Of a stretch of DNA of 64,000 nucleotides, positions 1 to 13,233 are shown piece after piece (position 1 is the stretch's first letter; every line of letters begins with the position of its first letter). This stretch comes from Octopus vulgaris (Eukaryota). Made by a program: the position numbers and the translations under genes. Below the pieces are notes generated by a model. The model worked only from the letters and a program-made list of their open reading frames with translations, had not been told where the DNA came from and did no database searches. Where the stretch lies: contig OX597823.1 of NCBI GenBank assembly GCA_951406725.2, forward strand, positions 61,442,001 through 61,506,000, read 5' to 3'.

Positions 1-170
1 CGAAGCAAATTTTTGCTGAACTCTAATTATAATTATACTCGTAATTATAAAAATTCTTGTTTAAGTTTACCGATAATGATTCTTTTAACAAACCTAACTA
101 CTTGGTAAAATTATTAATTATTAATTGATTAATTAATTTTACCCTTTATTATTATTGATATATATATATA

Positions 171-454
171 CAGGGTGCAGGGAATAAATTTGTCGTCGAA
201 ATTACGCAAATATGAAAATAATACTGGCATCTCATTTTAACAGATATATTTACCAAAATTACTAAAGAGTATATTTATTCAATAAAATCGCCATTGGCTT
301 CAACCACAGCATCCAGACAACTTCGGAATTTCCTGTAACTCTTCTGGATGGTCTCCTTGTTTAAGTTGGTGAATGCTGCCATAATCCTTGCCTTTGGTTC
401 ATCTTTGGTGTTACAAGGAGTTTTGTTGGTCTCTCACTCAACTGCACCCCACAC
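171..454 (-). mobile_element. Tc1/mariner-superfamily transposon remnant: transposase C-terminus plus terminal repeat
   Basis: Minus strand 454-275 translates VWGAVE*ETNKTPCNTKDEPKARIMAAFTNLNKETIQKSYRKFRSCLDAVVEANGDFIE*, a typical Tc1/mariner (maT-like) C-terminus. The element ends in TA|CAGGGTG at 169-177. Confidence 0.8.
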
Positions 455-904
455 AAGGATGGAAAAAAAACCCCAGAGAAATGTTACACAAATATAAATG
501 CAATTAACAGGACATAACAACAGGTGTGTTTCGACAAAGGACGAATTAAATTAAGCTGGCATGTGTGGAAGTAAAGTCTTGCAGCAGGGACATAAGATTC
601 AACAAGCACAGGAAGGAATATAGATGTTGCACAGATGGTAGTCGAACCAAGAAAGAAAGGTCAAGCCTGGCCGAACACCAGTCACATGAGGAGAGAAGAG
701 AGAGAGGTAGAGGCAGAGGGATAGAAGAATTAAGGAGGAGAGAGAAAAAATGAAAGAGACACAGTGAAGTGAAAGTGAACATGAAGAGAAGGCCAGGAAA
801 TGTGAGAGAGGGGGAACGAAAGAACGAAGAGTGGAATGAATGAAGTGTGAAAGGGCTGATAGAAAGAAGGAAAGAATAGAAAGAATAATAGAGTCATACA
901 AAAT

Positions 905-1190
905 TTAGATATAAAACAGAATGTTTGTCGGTCTGTCTTTTTATCTGTCTATCTCTCTGCCTGTCTGTCAGTATGTGTGCATCATTAAAACTTGAGAACT
1001 ACCAAACCGATTTCATTGAAATTTTGCACATGCCTTACTTAGGGTCCATGTCAGTATCATGAGGCCCCAAAAATTTTCAACTTCTTGCTTAATGCGAGCC
1101 TGGAGCAATCTCTTATCTTTTACACAATTTCAGTCTTACATGTCAAAAGTGAAACAATAACATCTCTATTGTAATATGAGATAGTACATT
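905..1190 (+). mobile_element. Possible non-autonomous Helitron/Helentron-like fragment
   Basis: A CTGT-type microsatellite followed by AACTACCAAACCGATTTCATTGAAATTTTGCAC resembles the 5' part of Lep1/DINE-like elements. No 3' end was identified. Confidence 0.35.
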
Positions 1191-2307
1191 AAAGGTAGAA
1201 CTATACACATATATACATGCATACACACACACACACATATATATTATGTATCTATGTGTGTGTGTGTATATATATATATATCTATCCATATATATATGTG
1301 TGTATATACATCTGCACAAATATATGTATGTATATATATATATATATGTCTTCGATAGGAGAGTCCATCATCCTGAAAATTCATGCTCATCTTTGAAATC
1401 AAATGAAGTATGCAATTAGCATATTAGGACAATTGTCATGAAAGAGTTAAGGCGTGGTAAAGACAAAACTGACAAGATAACCACTAAAAGTCATCACTTA
1501 CATATTTCTTCCTTGATATATATTATTTTTATATATGTCGCTCAAAACTTATTAAGAAAATGAGAATAAAAAATGCAAAACAAATTAGATATTTTCTAGA
1601 CATATATTTCTGCAGGCTGAACTATCTGCTGCTTTCTATAGCATTTTTCAAATGTGTATAGATATATATATATAACAAATGACATTTATTAGCACTAAAC
1701 TGATAGGAAGGGACTGATTTTGTCTCTCCTTGGAAATTTAATGCTTTCTCATTAGACATCTAATAATTTATTTTAATCTGCGAAAGAATTGTCAACAAAT
1801 TCTGCAGAAATCTTTCTCTCTCTCTACATATACAAGTAAGCGGAACATGTAGAAATGGATTCCTGCCTGAAATGTCAGACCAGAAATCTACTTCAGTTGC
1901 AGATTGTGTCTGCAATTTAATTTTCTCTGTTCCACTTCTTTTCTCTTTCTTTCTTTCTCTTTTCTTTCTTTCTCTCTTTTTTCTTTTTTTTTTCTTTTCT
2001 TTTCATTGATCTGTCTGTTAGGAAGACAGTCAAATGATGAACGGTTGTTATATTCTAAATATATAATGCTTCCATGTTATATGGCTTGTATAATGCAAGT
2101 AATTGGCGGCGCTATTCTACCATTATAAATTAATGGTCAGTTAGTAGAAACTAGAATTTATACTTTATCTTTAGTATTCTAACATTAATTGATATGAGTT
2201 GTATTATTTCTTTACTATTTTGTTGTTGTTTTTTTTTTATATTTATTATCATCATTGGTGGGGTATCAAATGATTTCTCTTGTTTTTGCAGCATGTAATT
2301 CTTGTCT

Positions 2308-3160
2308 TGATGATGATGATAATGGTGGTGGTGGTGGTGGCAGTGGTGGCAGCAGTGGTGGCAACAGAAGTGGCAGTGGCAGCAGCAACAGCGGCAGCAG
2401 CAGCAGCAGCGGCAGTGGCAGCAGCAGCAGCAGCGGTAGCAGCAGTAGCAGCAGTAACAGCAGCACCCGCAGCAGCGGCAGCAGCAGCGGCAGCAGCGGC
2501 AGCAGCGGCAGAAGCGGTAGCAGCGGTAGCAGCAGTAGCAGCGGTAGCAGCGGTAGCAGCGGTAGCGGCAGCAACGGTGGCAGCGTAAGCAGCGGCAGGA
2601 GCGGCAGCAGCGGCAGCAGCGGTAGCAGCGGCAGCAGCGGTAGCAGCGGCAGCAGCAGCAGCAGCAGCAGCAGCGGCAGCAGCGGGAGCAGCGGCAGCAG
2701 CGGCAGCAGCGGCAGCAGCGGCAGCAGCGGCAGCAGCGGCAGCAGCGGCAGCAGCGGCAGCAGCGGCAGCAGCGGCAGCAGCGGCAGCAGCGGAAGCAGC
2801 AGCAGCAGCAGCAGCAGTGGCAGCAGCAGAAGCAGCGGCAGCAGCAGTAGCAGCGGCAGCAGCAGCAACAGCGGGAGCAACAGGAACAGCAGCGGCAGCA
2901 GCAGCGGCAGCAGCAGTGGCAGTGTCAGCAACAGCAGTGGCAGCGGCAGTGGTGGTGGTGATGGTGGTGGTGGTGGTGGTGATTGGTTATGGTGGTGGTC
3001 ATGGCAGAGGTTGTGGTGGTGCTGGTGCTGGTACTGGTGGTGATGGTGGTGATGGTAGTGATGGTGTTGATGATAATAATGATGGTGGTTGTGGTACTAG
3101 TGCTGCAACTTACTACGGCTACTACTACAACTTCTGCTACCACTGGGGATGGTGGTGATC
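2308..3160. repeat. Compound trinucleotide/9-mer microsatellite (GAT/GGT/GCA, AGCGGCAGC)
   Basis: Visible directly. It produces spurious poly-Ser/Gly, poly-Ala and poly-Leu/Pro ORFs. Confidence 0.95.
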
Positions 3161-3445
3161 TTCATGGTGGTGACAAACCACAGCATTTGCCAAATCTAAG
3201 ACTAGTGCAAGAATCCTGACCAATTGCATAAAGTGTTGGAAATGTGTCAGAAACTTAATACTCTAATCCAAAGGAAAGATTACGGACAGAGCTTAGAGGA
3301 CAACCAGGAAACCTTAATACATTCTGTTGCTTGGTATCATTTGCACCTAAGTCAAACAGTTCTGGTAAATATCCTCTGTAATATTCTTTAGTCAAAATAT
3401 CTAAGGATATTTTCTTTACTTATGATATTTAGACAGAACCTCACA

Positions 3446-3465
3446 TCATCACAATCATCACCATC

Positions 3466-3501
<36 letters not shown>

Positions 3502-3805
3502 TTAATGCCCACTTTCCATGCTGGTATGGGTTGGACACTTTGATAGGAGCTGGCTAGGAAGAAAACTGCACCAGGCTTCAGTGTCTGTTTGGCATGGTTT
3601 TTTTTTATGGATGGAATTGAAATCAAATCAAATTCGTAAATTCAAGTGGCACCAGCATGGTTTTTACAGCTGGATGCCATTCCAAATGCCAACCTCTTTA
3701 CAGTGCAGACTGGATGCTTTTTATGTGGTACCAGCATTGGTGGGGTCACCAAATAACATGCAAGACAAAGAACCTTCGAGAGGGGGCGGGGGCATTGGAG
3801 GATAG
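3446..3805 (-). mobile_element. RTE-tailed SINE-like element (family E)
   Basis: (CAT)n then TTTAATGCCCACTTTCCATGCTGGTATGGGTTGGAC and CTGGATGCCATTCCAAATGCCAACC. Homologous to 16928, 34625 and 57052. Confidence 0.7.
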
Positions 3806-4211
3806 TTAAAAAGGATACTTGGTCATTGATGAAATCCCAGCTCAGGAGTGAAACTAGTCTGACAAATTATTCCTCATTTGGTGTTTATAAAGAAAAGGTG
3901 TTTATATCTGTTTACATCTATGACATATAAAGTTGCCTATAATCTCCTTAGATATGATAGATACGTTCTGTAGTACAGTGTAGCAATAATTTACTATCAA
4001 AGTTTCACTCTAGACATTATCAACAATAATGCCACTCAAGATATTATCAAACCAGTTCTGCTAGACATTATCAAAGTTGCATCTCTAGACAATATAAAAA
4101 TTATCGCACCAAACATTATCAAGGTTAAATTATGACTCTGTTCACAAGCAAAATGTTTAATAAACATAACTACAGCCTGACTGTATAAATAAAAGTAGTG
4201 GTTAAGCCAAT

Positions 4212-4246
<35 letters not shown>

Positions 4247-5265
4247 TCCCTCTCTCCTCAGGACAAACCTGAGAACAGCTAACTAAATTCTGACTCGGTA
4301 TTTCCATATTATCAGAAGTGTTTACTCTTCTTCGGCCTACAGAAGGAGCAGCCAGCTCTGTTACTAGTTGTATTTTTCATAAGCTGTAAGCTACTTGCTC
4401 TCTTTGCAGGATGGATATAAGTAGATATTCTTAATCATACGATGGTAACCAGTTGAAGCTAGTTAAACTATTTTGGGGTTCATCCTGTAGAAAAGCTCTT
4501 TGGTTTGTCCACAGAATCTATTTATATACTTTTAAAAAAAACATACAAATTTCTTACACACACACACACACACACATTATTTATCCATATACCACAGTCC
4601 TGGGAATTTAACTCGTAAATTTCTGCAGTGCTTTCTCTCTACAAATCTCCTGTTAGAAACTAGAGATTTTAATGAAATGTTGTTAGTCAAGAATAAAAAT
4701 CATAAAAATATAACTTTTGCATATAAATTTAGAAGAAACTTTGCTGATAAAGATCATTCATTGCTGTACATTGTGAATGAAGTTTTTAATTGTTATGTAC
4801 TTCTACATGTTGTCATGTCATTTTTTAGTTGCCCAAATTGATTGAATAGAGGTAAGTTGATTAGAAATACTTACAAAATATGAGTTCCAAAATATTGATT
4901 TCTTCTCTCAGAGCTGAATTTGTGTCCCAGTTGTCTCTAAACTGGAAGTTGCACAAGTAGCACCAGAAAAGCATTCTGAAATAATACATTGACCCCTGCC
5001 ATTGATGTAATGAAGATGATCTTACCTTGCTGAGACGAATACCTTGTGATCTCATTGCTGGTCTTGAGATAATTTTCTCTGGGAGAAGTTGAAGAAAATA
5101 TTTTATGGACTTTTATCCTAAGTTCAAAGATTTTTTCAGACCCTCTTTACTAATGAAAGCATTGATGCAATAACTAGTTTCAGGACCACTTCCTTCCTGC
5201 TCAGAATCAATAAAATCCCTACATTAATTCCATCTTGGTGTGCAGAAATAACGTTGAAATATCAC

Positions 5266-5495
5266 TTTTTACTATTTTACTCTTTGACTTGTTGTAGTCA
5301 TTTGACTGTGGCCATGCTGGAGCACCACCTTTATTCAAGCAAATCGACCCCAGGACTTATTCTTTGTAAGCCTAGTACTTATTCTATTGGTCTATTTTGT
5401 CGAACCGCTAAGTTACGGGGACGTAAACACACCAGCATCGGTTGTCAAGCGATGTTGGTGGGGGGACAAACACAGACACACAAACACACACACAA

Positions 5496-5526
<31 letters not shown>

Positions 5527-5703
5527 TATATATATATAGATATACACATATACGATGGGCTTCTTTCAGTTTCCGTCTACCAAATCCACTCACAAGGCTT
5601 TAGTCAGCTCGAGGCTATAGTAGAAGACACTTGCCCAAGGTGCCATGCAGTGGGACTGTGTAGTTTGTAAGCAAGCTACTTACCACACAGCCACTCTTAC
5701 GTC
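5266..5703 (-). mobile_element. tRNA-derived SINE family A (CORE-like domain, internal CA/TA microsatellite)
   Basis: Minus strand reads GTGGCTGTGTGGTAAGTAGCTTGC...GGCACCTTGGGCAAGTGTCTTCTACTATAG. More than 10 homologous copies occur in the window. Confidence 0.85.
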
Positions 5704-5766
5704 TACACTGATTATTTTCTCCAAATCCAAGGTATCTTTCTCTAATTAAATCATTGATAAATAATG

Positions 5767-5960
5767 GGTTTCAAATTTTGGCACAAGGCCCACAATTCGG
5801 GGGAAATGGGTAAGTCAATTTGATTAACTTCAGTGATCAACTGATACCTATTTTAGCAACACTGGAAAGATGGAAGGCAAAGTCGACATTGGCAGAATTT
5901 GAGCTCAGAACTTAAGGACAGATGAAATGCAGGTGAACTTTTAGCCCAGAGTTGCAGCCT
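5767..5960 (-). mobile_element. SINE family B, degenerate
   Basis: Matches the family B block GAAAGGATGAAAGGCAAAGTCGACCTCGGCGGAATTTGAACTCAGAAC. Confidence 0.7.
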
Positions 5961-6460
5961 TAAATAACATCACTGAATTCTAGCTTACCTCTTGCAGCTT
6001 TTATTATCAGCCAATAATGCTTGAAAATCAAAGGAGAAAAATACCTGAGATCCAAGAAAATTCACTCAATAGATTGCAAGAAAATGAATCCACATGGTGT
6101 TTTTAACAAGAACTTCCTGTATTTTTTTGACAATAAGTTATTTCTACAATTAGACTTTATTTTGTGTACAGAAGAGTGCTTAGTTTCTGATTTTCAGCCC
6201 ACAACTCTCACACAAAAGACAACAATGCTGTAATACACTTGAAGTGCTAGATGTGTTAAAAGTCACAGAAACAGAATTGTCTTATTTTTCTTCTTTTTTT
6301 TTCTCTCTATTTGCTATTTCAGAAATTTATCAGAATCAGAAATGACATCTTCAATGACAAGGAATGGTTGGTTTATCCATGTAGCATTCCTTCAGAAATG
6401 TTATGTTATTCTTGAAATTAAATGGTTTTATGATGCCAACTAGATCTACTTATTTAAAAA

Positions 6461-6630
6461 ATAAACATGTAAGCAAAAATTATCTGCATGTCTGCTGAAA
6501 GATAAACATGTAGGCAAAAATTATCTGCATGTCTGCTGAAAGATAAACATGTAGGCAAAAATTATCTGCATGTCTGCTGAAAGATAAACATGTAGGCAAA
6601 AATTATCTGCATGTCTGCTGAAAAATAAAC
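6461..6630. repeat. Tandem repeat, 41-bp unit x4
   Basis: ATAAACATGTAGGCAAAAATTATCTGCATGTCTGCTGAAAG starts at 6461, 6502, 6543 and 6584, nearly identical each time. Confidence 0.95.
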
Positions 6631-6676
6631 AATACTTATTTAAGTTTAAATCAGTCTGTAACTCATGGTTTCAACA

Positions 6677-6839
6677 GGTGCAAGTATGGCTGTGTGGTAA
6701 GAAGCTTGCTTGCCAACCAATTGGTTCTTGGTTCAGTCACACAGCATGGCACCTTCAGCAAGTGTCTTCTATTTCAGCCAACCAAAGCCTTGTGAGTGGA
6801 TTTCATAGGTGGAAACTGGAAGAAGCCAGTCATATATAC

Positions 6840-6871
<32 letters not shown>

Positions 6872-7026
6872 ATCTGTGTTTGTTACCTCCACCCACGACT
6901 TGACAACTGGTGTTAGTGAGTTTACATCTTCATAACTTAGCAGTACAGCAAAAGAGACCAAGCTTAAAAAAAGAGAAAAATAAGTACTGGTGTTGATTCA
7001 TTCGACTGACTGAAACAAGCAAAAGA
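6677..7026 (+). mobile_element. SINE family A
   Basis: TGGCTGTGTGGTAAGAAGCTTGC head, GGTTCAGTC B-box-like motif, (GT)n, GACTGAAACAAG tail. Confidence 0.8.
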
Positions 7027-8747
7027 TGCTGTCAGGTATTATGAAAATTACAATGTGAACATGCTTTCATCACCTCCAATCAGATATTCAATGCAGCCTC
7101 TGGAGAGATACCAATAGTAAACTGATGTAATTTGAATAAATCTGTCATTAGTGGAAATTTGATATGGCTGCCAAGCTTACCAAATTTACCTAAATCATAT
7201 ATGGTGTATCTTTAATACACACCACACCACGCTCTGTCATGTGCAAAAGCCACTGACAAGACATAATGACTATCATAACAGACTGGTTACTAAGCATGAA
7301 AAATCTAAGGTCAATGTGTCAATTTTAACATGCAGGAATTAATGTGGATATAGAGATAGAGATGTACACTCACTTGCAGTACATAGCTGTAGGCAAATGT
7401 GTGTATGTGTGTGGTGGGGGTGTAAATGGCTAAGCCAGGTCTGTAAAGAATATAGTATTTCTAAATATTAGTTATTGAAAATTTATAAATCAGTACATTT
7501 GAAAATTTTTAATTTATAAATTATTCAGCAATGGGTCCAAATTTATGGGATATTGTGAAATTGTGAATGATCTCCTGCATCCGGAAAATTTTAGACATAA
7601 CAAGGCTGAATTTATTTTTCATTGAGTTAAATGCAAATTATGTTAATGGGTCATAAACGGCATCATGTCTGTAGGAAATAGGTAATGAACACTAACCTGT
7701 TCAAGGTATGCTGTGATAATGAAGAATAATTTCTTACTTTCAAATTGTAATGTACTACATGATGTATACATTCTTCTTTTAACATTAAAATTAATTAAGA
7801 TAGATGCACCTACCTATTTTTAAGACAGCTCCAAAATGTGATGAACACTTTAGTTTTTGAAGCAAAAGAAACAAGCAAACTACAATTTTTGTCAGACTAT
7901 TTTTTTAATATGTTTTATGAGAATAAAAATGAGAACATCTCTACAGATGCACACACTTGTTATAATTATTAATTTTGTTTGCTTTGTTTCTTTGATCAGA
8001 TATTTAATTAATAATTTAAACTTGATAAACAAAAATTATTTCAATTTATCAAGATATTTTTATACAAATTTAATTACTTATTTATAAAACCCTATGGCAA
8101 ACCACAGTGCTAATTTATGTTTAAAAAACACAAATCTCAGCATTTTCTCCAAATCATTAAAAACAAGAGATCAAAGAATATTTGAATTTTTAAAAAACTT
8201 TTAAGACAATGCATTTTTTGAAAAGTAGTTTCAAAACATTCTAATTTTTGTTTAGTTGTTTTCAATTTTATACATAATTTTAATGAATTTATGTCTACAA
8301 TATACTGTATAATAAATATGCATATTAAAACACTACAATTTTAAAAAATTGACTTCTCTCAAAAATTAACAAAGCCCTATAATCTGGAGTTGCAGTAATA
8401 TGGAAGAAATACAGACCTGATTCAGCATTGCAAAGAACACTTCTAATCTGAACTGAATAAACTAAGACAACATAACTTCAGCTGAGCTGATCTCTCACAG
8501 TATGCCAAAATACAACACACTTGCTTTTATCACAAATTCACTTTTAAAAATGAGTTGGTGTCAGTTACACACCCTACTTATGATTTCACACTTTCCTATT
8601 GATTCGTTGCATTTCTGCCGCAGTGTGAAACAAACCACGAAATGATGTAGAACTGGTGCGAGGCCTTTCAGAAATGACTTGCTCAATTTTATATATGATG
8701 GTTCCTCTCACATCACTGGTGAAAGGATTTGTGATTGTTGGCAACCA

Positions 8748-8976
8748 TTTTTTTTTTGCCCACAAGGGACTAAACATAGAAGGGACATACAAGGACAGAC
8801 AAAGGGATTAAGTCGATTACATCGACCCCAGTGCGTAACTGGTACTTAATTTATCTACCCCGAAAGGATGAAAGGCAAAGTCGACCTCAGCAGAATTTGA
8901 ACTCAGAAAGTAACAGCAGACGAAATACGGCTACGCATTTTGCCCGGCGTGCTAACGTTTCTGCCAGCTTGCCACC
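8748..8976 (-). mobile_element. tRNA-derived SINE family B
   Basis: Minus strand GGTGGCAAGCTGGCAGAAACGTTAGCACGCCGGGC...GAGTTCAAATTC...GCCTTTCATCCTTTCGGGG...AAGTACCAG. The central block resembles the Meta-SINE domain (from memory, unverified). Confidence 0.85.
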
Positions 8977-9312
8977 TTTGCTGTACCACTGCTATTATCC
9001 CAACTAAATGCTGTTTTTACCCCAATCAAGGTAATAACTGAGGTTGTAAGCTACTGTCAAAGCTGTTTTTCAAGACTCAATATAATACTGAGTATCAATA
9101 TGATATAGTTGATATTATCAAAGTTATCTCTTTAGCCAATATCACTCCAAACTCTACCAAAACTGTGATCCAGAAGCTGGACTATGCCTGGGGTATGTAG
9201 TTATTGAACTGCAGCATGCTGGCCTAAAATTTAGAATGCTAGGCTAAATGAAATATAGTATTTAGTATTATCTCTAAAACATTCACTGAGTTCAAATTTT
9301 ACTGAAATCAAC

Positions 9313-9699
9313 AAGTAGCTTGCTTACCAACCACATAGTTTCAGGTTCAGTCACACTGCATGGCACCTTGGGCAAGTGTCTTCTACTATAGCCTCGGGTC
9401 AACCAAAGCCCTGTGAGTGGATTTGGTAGATGGAAACTGAAAGAAGCCCGTCATATATATGTATATGTATATATATGTGTGTGTGTGTTTGTGTGTCTGT
9501 GTTTGTCCCCACAACATCGCTTGACAACCAATGCTGTTGTAGTTATGTCCCCGTAACTTAGTGGTTTGGCAAAAGAGACTGATAGAATAAGCACTAGGCT
9601 TACAAAGAATAAGTCCTGGGGTCAATTTGCTCGACTAAAGGTGGTGCTGTAGCATAGCCACAGTAAAATGACTGAAACAAGTAAAAGAGTAAAAAAGTA
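9313..9699 (+). mobile_element. SINE family A, adjacent to a family B fragment at about 9236-9312
   Basis: Near-full-length match to 5266-5703 in the opposite orientation. Confidence 0.85.
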
Positions 9700-10119
9700 T
9701 TACCTTCCATCATTCCTCAAAACATAACAGGAGAAAGCATAAAATATTCTTAACAAAAAAAAAAAGGCAACCAGCTAAGTTCATTGGTCATCAAATGAGA
9801 TGACAAAACCTTGATCACTTAGTAACAAACAGAAAATTGAAAGGAATAAATTGCTCATTTGACTACATATGTGGCAGATTACTAATGAGGAATAACAGCT
9901 TGAAATAATTTTCAACACCTGAAAGGAAGAAGAAACTGGAAGTGAGAGCAATTATTCAATGAGCTTAGCAGGTGAGTGTGGGATGGAAGTTAGTGGAGGG
10001 TCCATGATTATAGTCACCTCTGGACATGAAATATGAAGAAGAATGCACAGATGTCAATCTAAAAGCCTAAATTTCAACTGGCAACCTCTGTGTGAACACT
10101 CTGTATCTTTGACCATTTA

Positions 10120-10536
10120 TTTTTTACTTCTTTCAATCATTTGACTGTGACCATGCTGGGGCACCACTTTGAAGAATTTTTAGTTGAATAAATTGACACC
10201 AGTACTTATTATTTTTTTAAAGCCTGGTACTTATTCTGTCAGTTACTTTTACTGAACTGCTAAGTTATGGTGATGTATACACACCAACACCAGTTGTCAA
10301 GTGGTGGCAGGAGACAAACACAGGCACAAACACACAAACATACACACACACACCTCTCTCTATATATATATATAACAGGCTTCTTTTAGTTTCTATCAAG
10401 CAAACCCACTCACAAGGCTTTGGTTGACCCAAGGCTATAGTACAAGACACTTGCCCTAGGTACCAAGTAGTGGGACTGAACCCGAAACCATATCACTGGG
10501 ATGCAAACTTCTTACCATTCAGCCATGCTTGCACCT
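10120..10536 (-). mobile_element. SINE family A
   Basis: Homologous to the 5266-5703 copy. Confidence 0.8.
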
Positions 10537-10871
10537 ACATCAGTTTTTTTTTCTTTTTAAACTGTCAGAAATAACAGCCAAATCTTCAAATTACACCCTA
10601 CTGTTTAAAAAGAGGCACATTAACAATTATAGTCCAAAGTACACAATGCCTGGAAAATAAGGTGGAAAGATTATGGTTTGAAAGACTTTAATCAAGGCTG
10701 CAAACAGTAACAGCAACTAATTCAATTAACAATATTTCCCTTCTTGAGAGCAGAAGGAAGAAGGATAGAGACCTTGACTAGCACCACGTCTCACCAAATC
10801 CACATTTTTCATATTTATTCATCAACACTACGATATTTTACCCATTATATTTTGATAATTTATGATTATTC

Positions 10872-10909
10872 TATATATACAGATATATATGTGTGTATAT
10901 ATGTATATA

Positions 10910-10995
<86 letters not shown>

Positions 10996-10997
10996 CA

Positions 10998-11030
<33 letters not shown>

Positions 11031-11055
11031 ACATGCATGTATGTCTGTATGTATA
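10872..11055. repeat. (TA)n/(TG)n microsatellite
   Basis: Visible directly. Confidence 0.95.
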
Positions 11056-11610
11056 GAATTCAATAGAGTTATTCTGTTATATTTTCACATTTTGATAATC
11101 CAATTTATTCTTTAATTAACCATTATTTATCATTTCATTAACAGACTCGAGATCTTTCCATTGTCATTTCTGTTTTATATGGTTTCCATTATTCCAACCT
11201 CATACGCAAACACACACACACACACACATGCACACACGCCATGCACGCAATCACATACATACATACATACATACAATACAATACAAAACAAATAGAAAAA
11301 ACAAACTGGACATGAAATAGATATTAGCCTTCTATCCATCAAATACGACAGTAGAACAATTATTGAACTTATCAATAGTTTTCTCATCTATCAGAGAAAG
11401 AAAATGTGCTTCACTACCATTCCATCAACGTGTATAATTCCTGCCAACACTCAGCTAGATATGTCTGTTTTATTAATCTCAATATCATATACCGAAATTA
11501 CTAAAGAAAACGCCATTAATTTATCAACAATCTAAAACACTTCTATTTATGGATTTCTGTAGGTGTTGTGCTAACTACTTCTCTGGAAATGTCAATATTA
11601 CTTAATAATT

Positions 11611-11674
<64 letters not shown>

Positions 11675-12012
11675 TAAAACAATTCACAAACACAAAACAC
11701 ACACTATAATGTAAATATCCAATAAAATAAATGACCACCACAACATGTACTCTACAGGCCAGCTACCCAACAGGAGAACGCAACTTGCATTACACACACA
11801 ACACACAATACAAACACTAATACAACAAAAGACTGCGGCCAGACACATAACAAAACTGATGCAATGCAATGCTGGGAAGAGTTTGTACTTCCATAGCAAT
11901 GGAAAAGAACACACAATGCTGCACAAATCCCAGCAACACGAATGTGTAGTAGGTGATGCAGTAGAAATCTACCTGAAACTATTAAATGTTGAATAATAAT
12001 AATAATAATAAT

Positions 12013-12528
12013 GATCTTAACTGATTGGAAGTGTTATCATGTACATTGTTTTGTCTTGGTATAAAAGATGGGCTACAGCAAATATTCTGCTCAATACTAC
12101 AGATTTGCTTGTCAGTTGTTTGACCTTAACCAGTTGACCATGTCCCTTAGTGGCTGACAATATGTGCATCTCTGATCATGAGCAGAAGTAGTGGGGGAGC
12201 ATCATAGCCATGTGTTGAGAGGGATTCTTTGGGGTTTGAATAATCCACCTCTGGAAACATGGGTGTTTCGTTCAACATCCTTAAACAACCCTTATTCAGG
12301 GACCGTTTGAGCGGGATGGGCTACTCAACCTGAAGAAAATTCTAATTGGGCCCCACCTGCAAGGTCATATGCTGTTTATCTTGATATGAGATCACCATGT
12401 CGCGCACATATGGTTGTGATGCATGTGCCTGGTGTACCCTTATCAGACGAGTAGTCATGATGGGTATACTGGGCTTCGTATATTTTACTCCAGTGTCACT
12501 TTGATGGCATGCACTACTCTCTCACTCA
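12013..12528 (+). mobile_element. Unclassified ~550-bp interspersed repeat flanked by (AAT)n, copy 1 (strand relative)
   Basis: Direct repeat of 12551-13142 and reverse complement of 32356-32912. Confidence 0.85.
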
Positions 12529-12550
12529 ATAATAATAATAATAATAATAA

Positions 12551-13142
12551 TGCCCTGATGCAGTACCCGAGAGTGGCTCTCATGGTTGCCTGCTGCAGTA
12601 CCAGACAGTGGCTCTCATGGCTTCTCATCTTAACTGATTGGAAGTGTTATCATGTACATTGTTTTGTCTTGGTATAAAAGATGGGCTACAGCAAATATTC
12701 TGCTCAATACCACAGATTTGCTTGTCAGTTGTTTGACCTTAACCAGTTGAGCATGTTTCTTAGTGGCTGATGATATGTACATCTCTGATCATGGGCAGAA
12801 GTAGTCAGGGAGAGCATCATAGACACTTGTTGAGAGGAATTCTTTGGGGTTTGGATAATTCACCTTTGGAAACATGGGTGGTTCATTCATCATCCTTAAA
12901 CAATCCTTATTCAGGGACCTTTTGAGTGGTATGGGCTACTTGACTAGAAGAAAATTCTAACTGGGCCCCATCTGCAAAGTCATGTGCTGTTTATCTTGAT
13001 ATGAAATCACCATGTTGCGCACATATGGCTGTGATGCATGTGCCTGGTGTACCCTTATCAGAGGGTTAGTCATGATGGGTATACTGGGCTTCGTATATTT
13101 TACCCCAGTGTCACTTTGATGGCAAGCGCTACTCTCTCACAC
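12551..13142 (+). mobile_element. Same (AAT)n-flanked repeat, copy 2
   Basis: Tandem with copy 1, separated by (AAT)n. Its start TGCAGTACC..CAGTGGCTCTCATGG is locally duplicated. Confidence 0.85.
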
Positions 13143-13208
<66 letters not shown>

Positions 13209-13233
13209 GATGATGATGATAATCATAATAATT

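Noticed and set aside
2255-3219. Ser/Gly-rich 262 aa ORF and overlapping ORFs
   Set aside because: Translations of a trinucleotide repeat open in several frames, with no non-repetitive coding context.
4861-5250. Coding-looking non-repetitive stretch
   Set aside because: The minus-strand frames I read contain stops and no recognisable motif. It may be an old transposon remnant but cannot be assigned.
6461-6630. Possible CRISPR array
   Set aside because: The repeats are contiguous with no spacers, there are no cas genes, and the context is eukaryotic.
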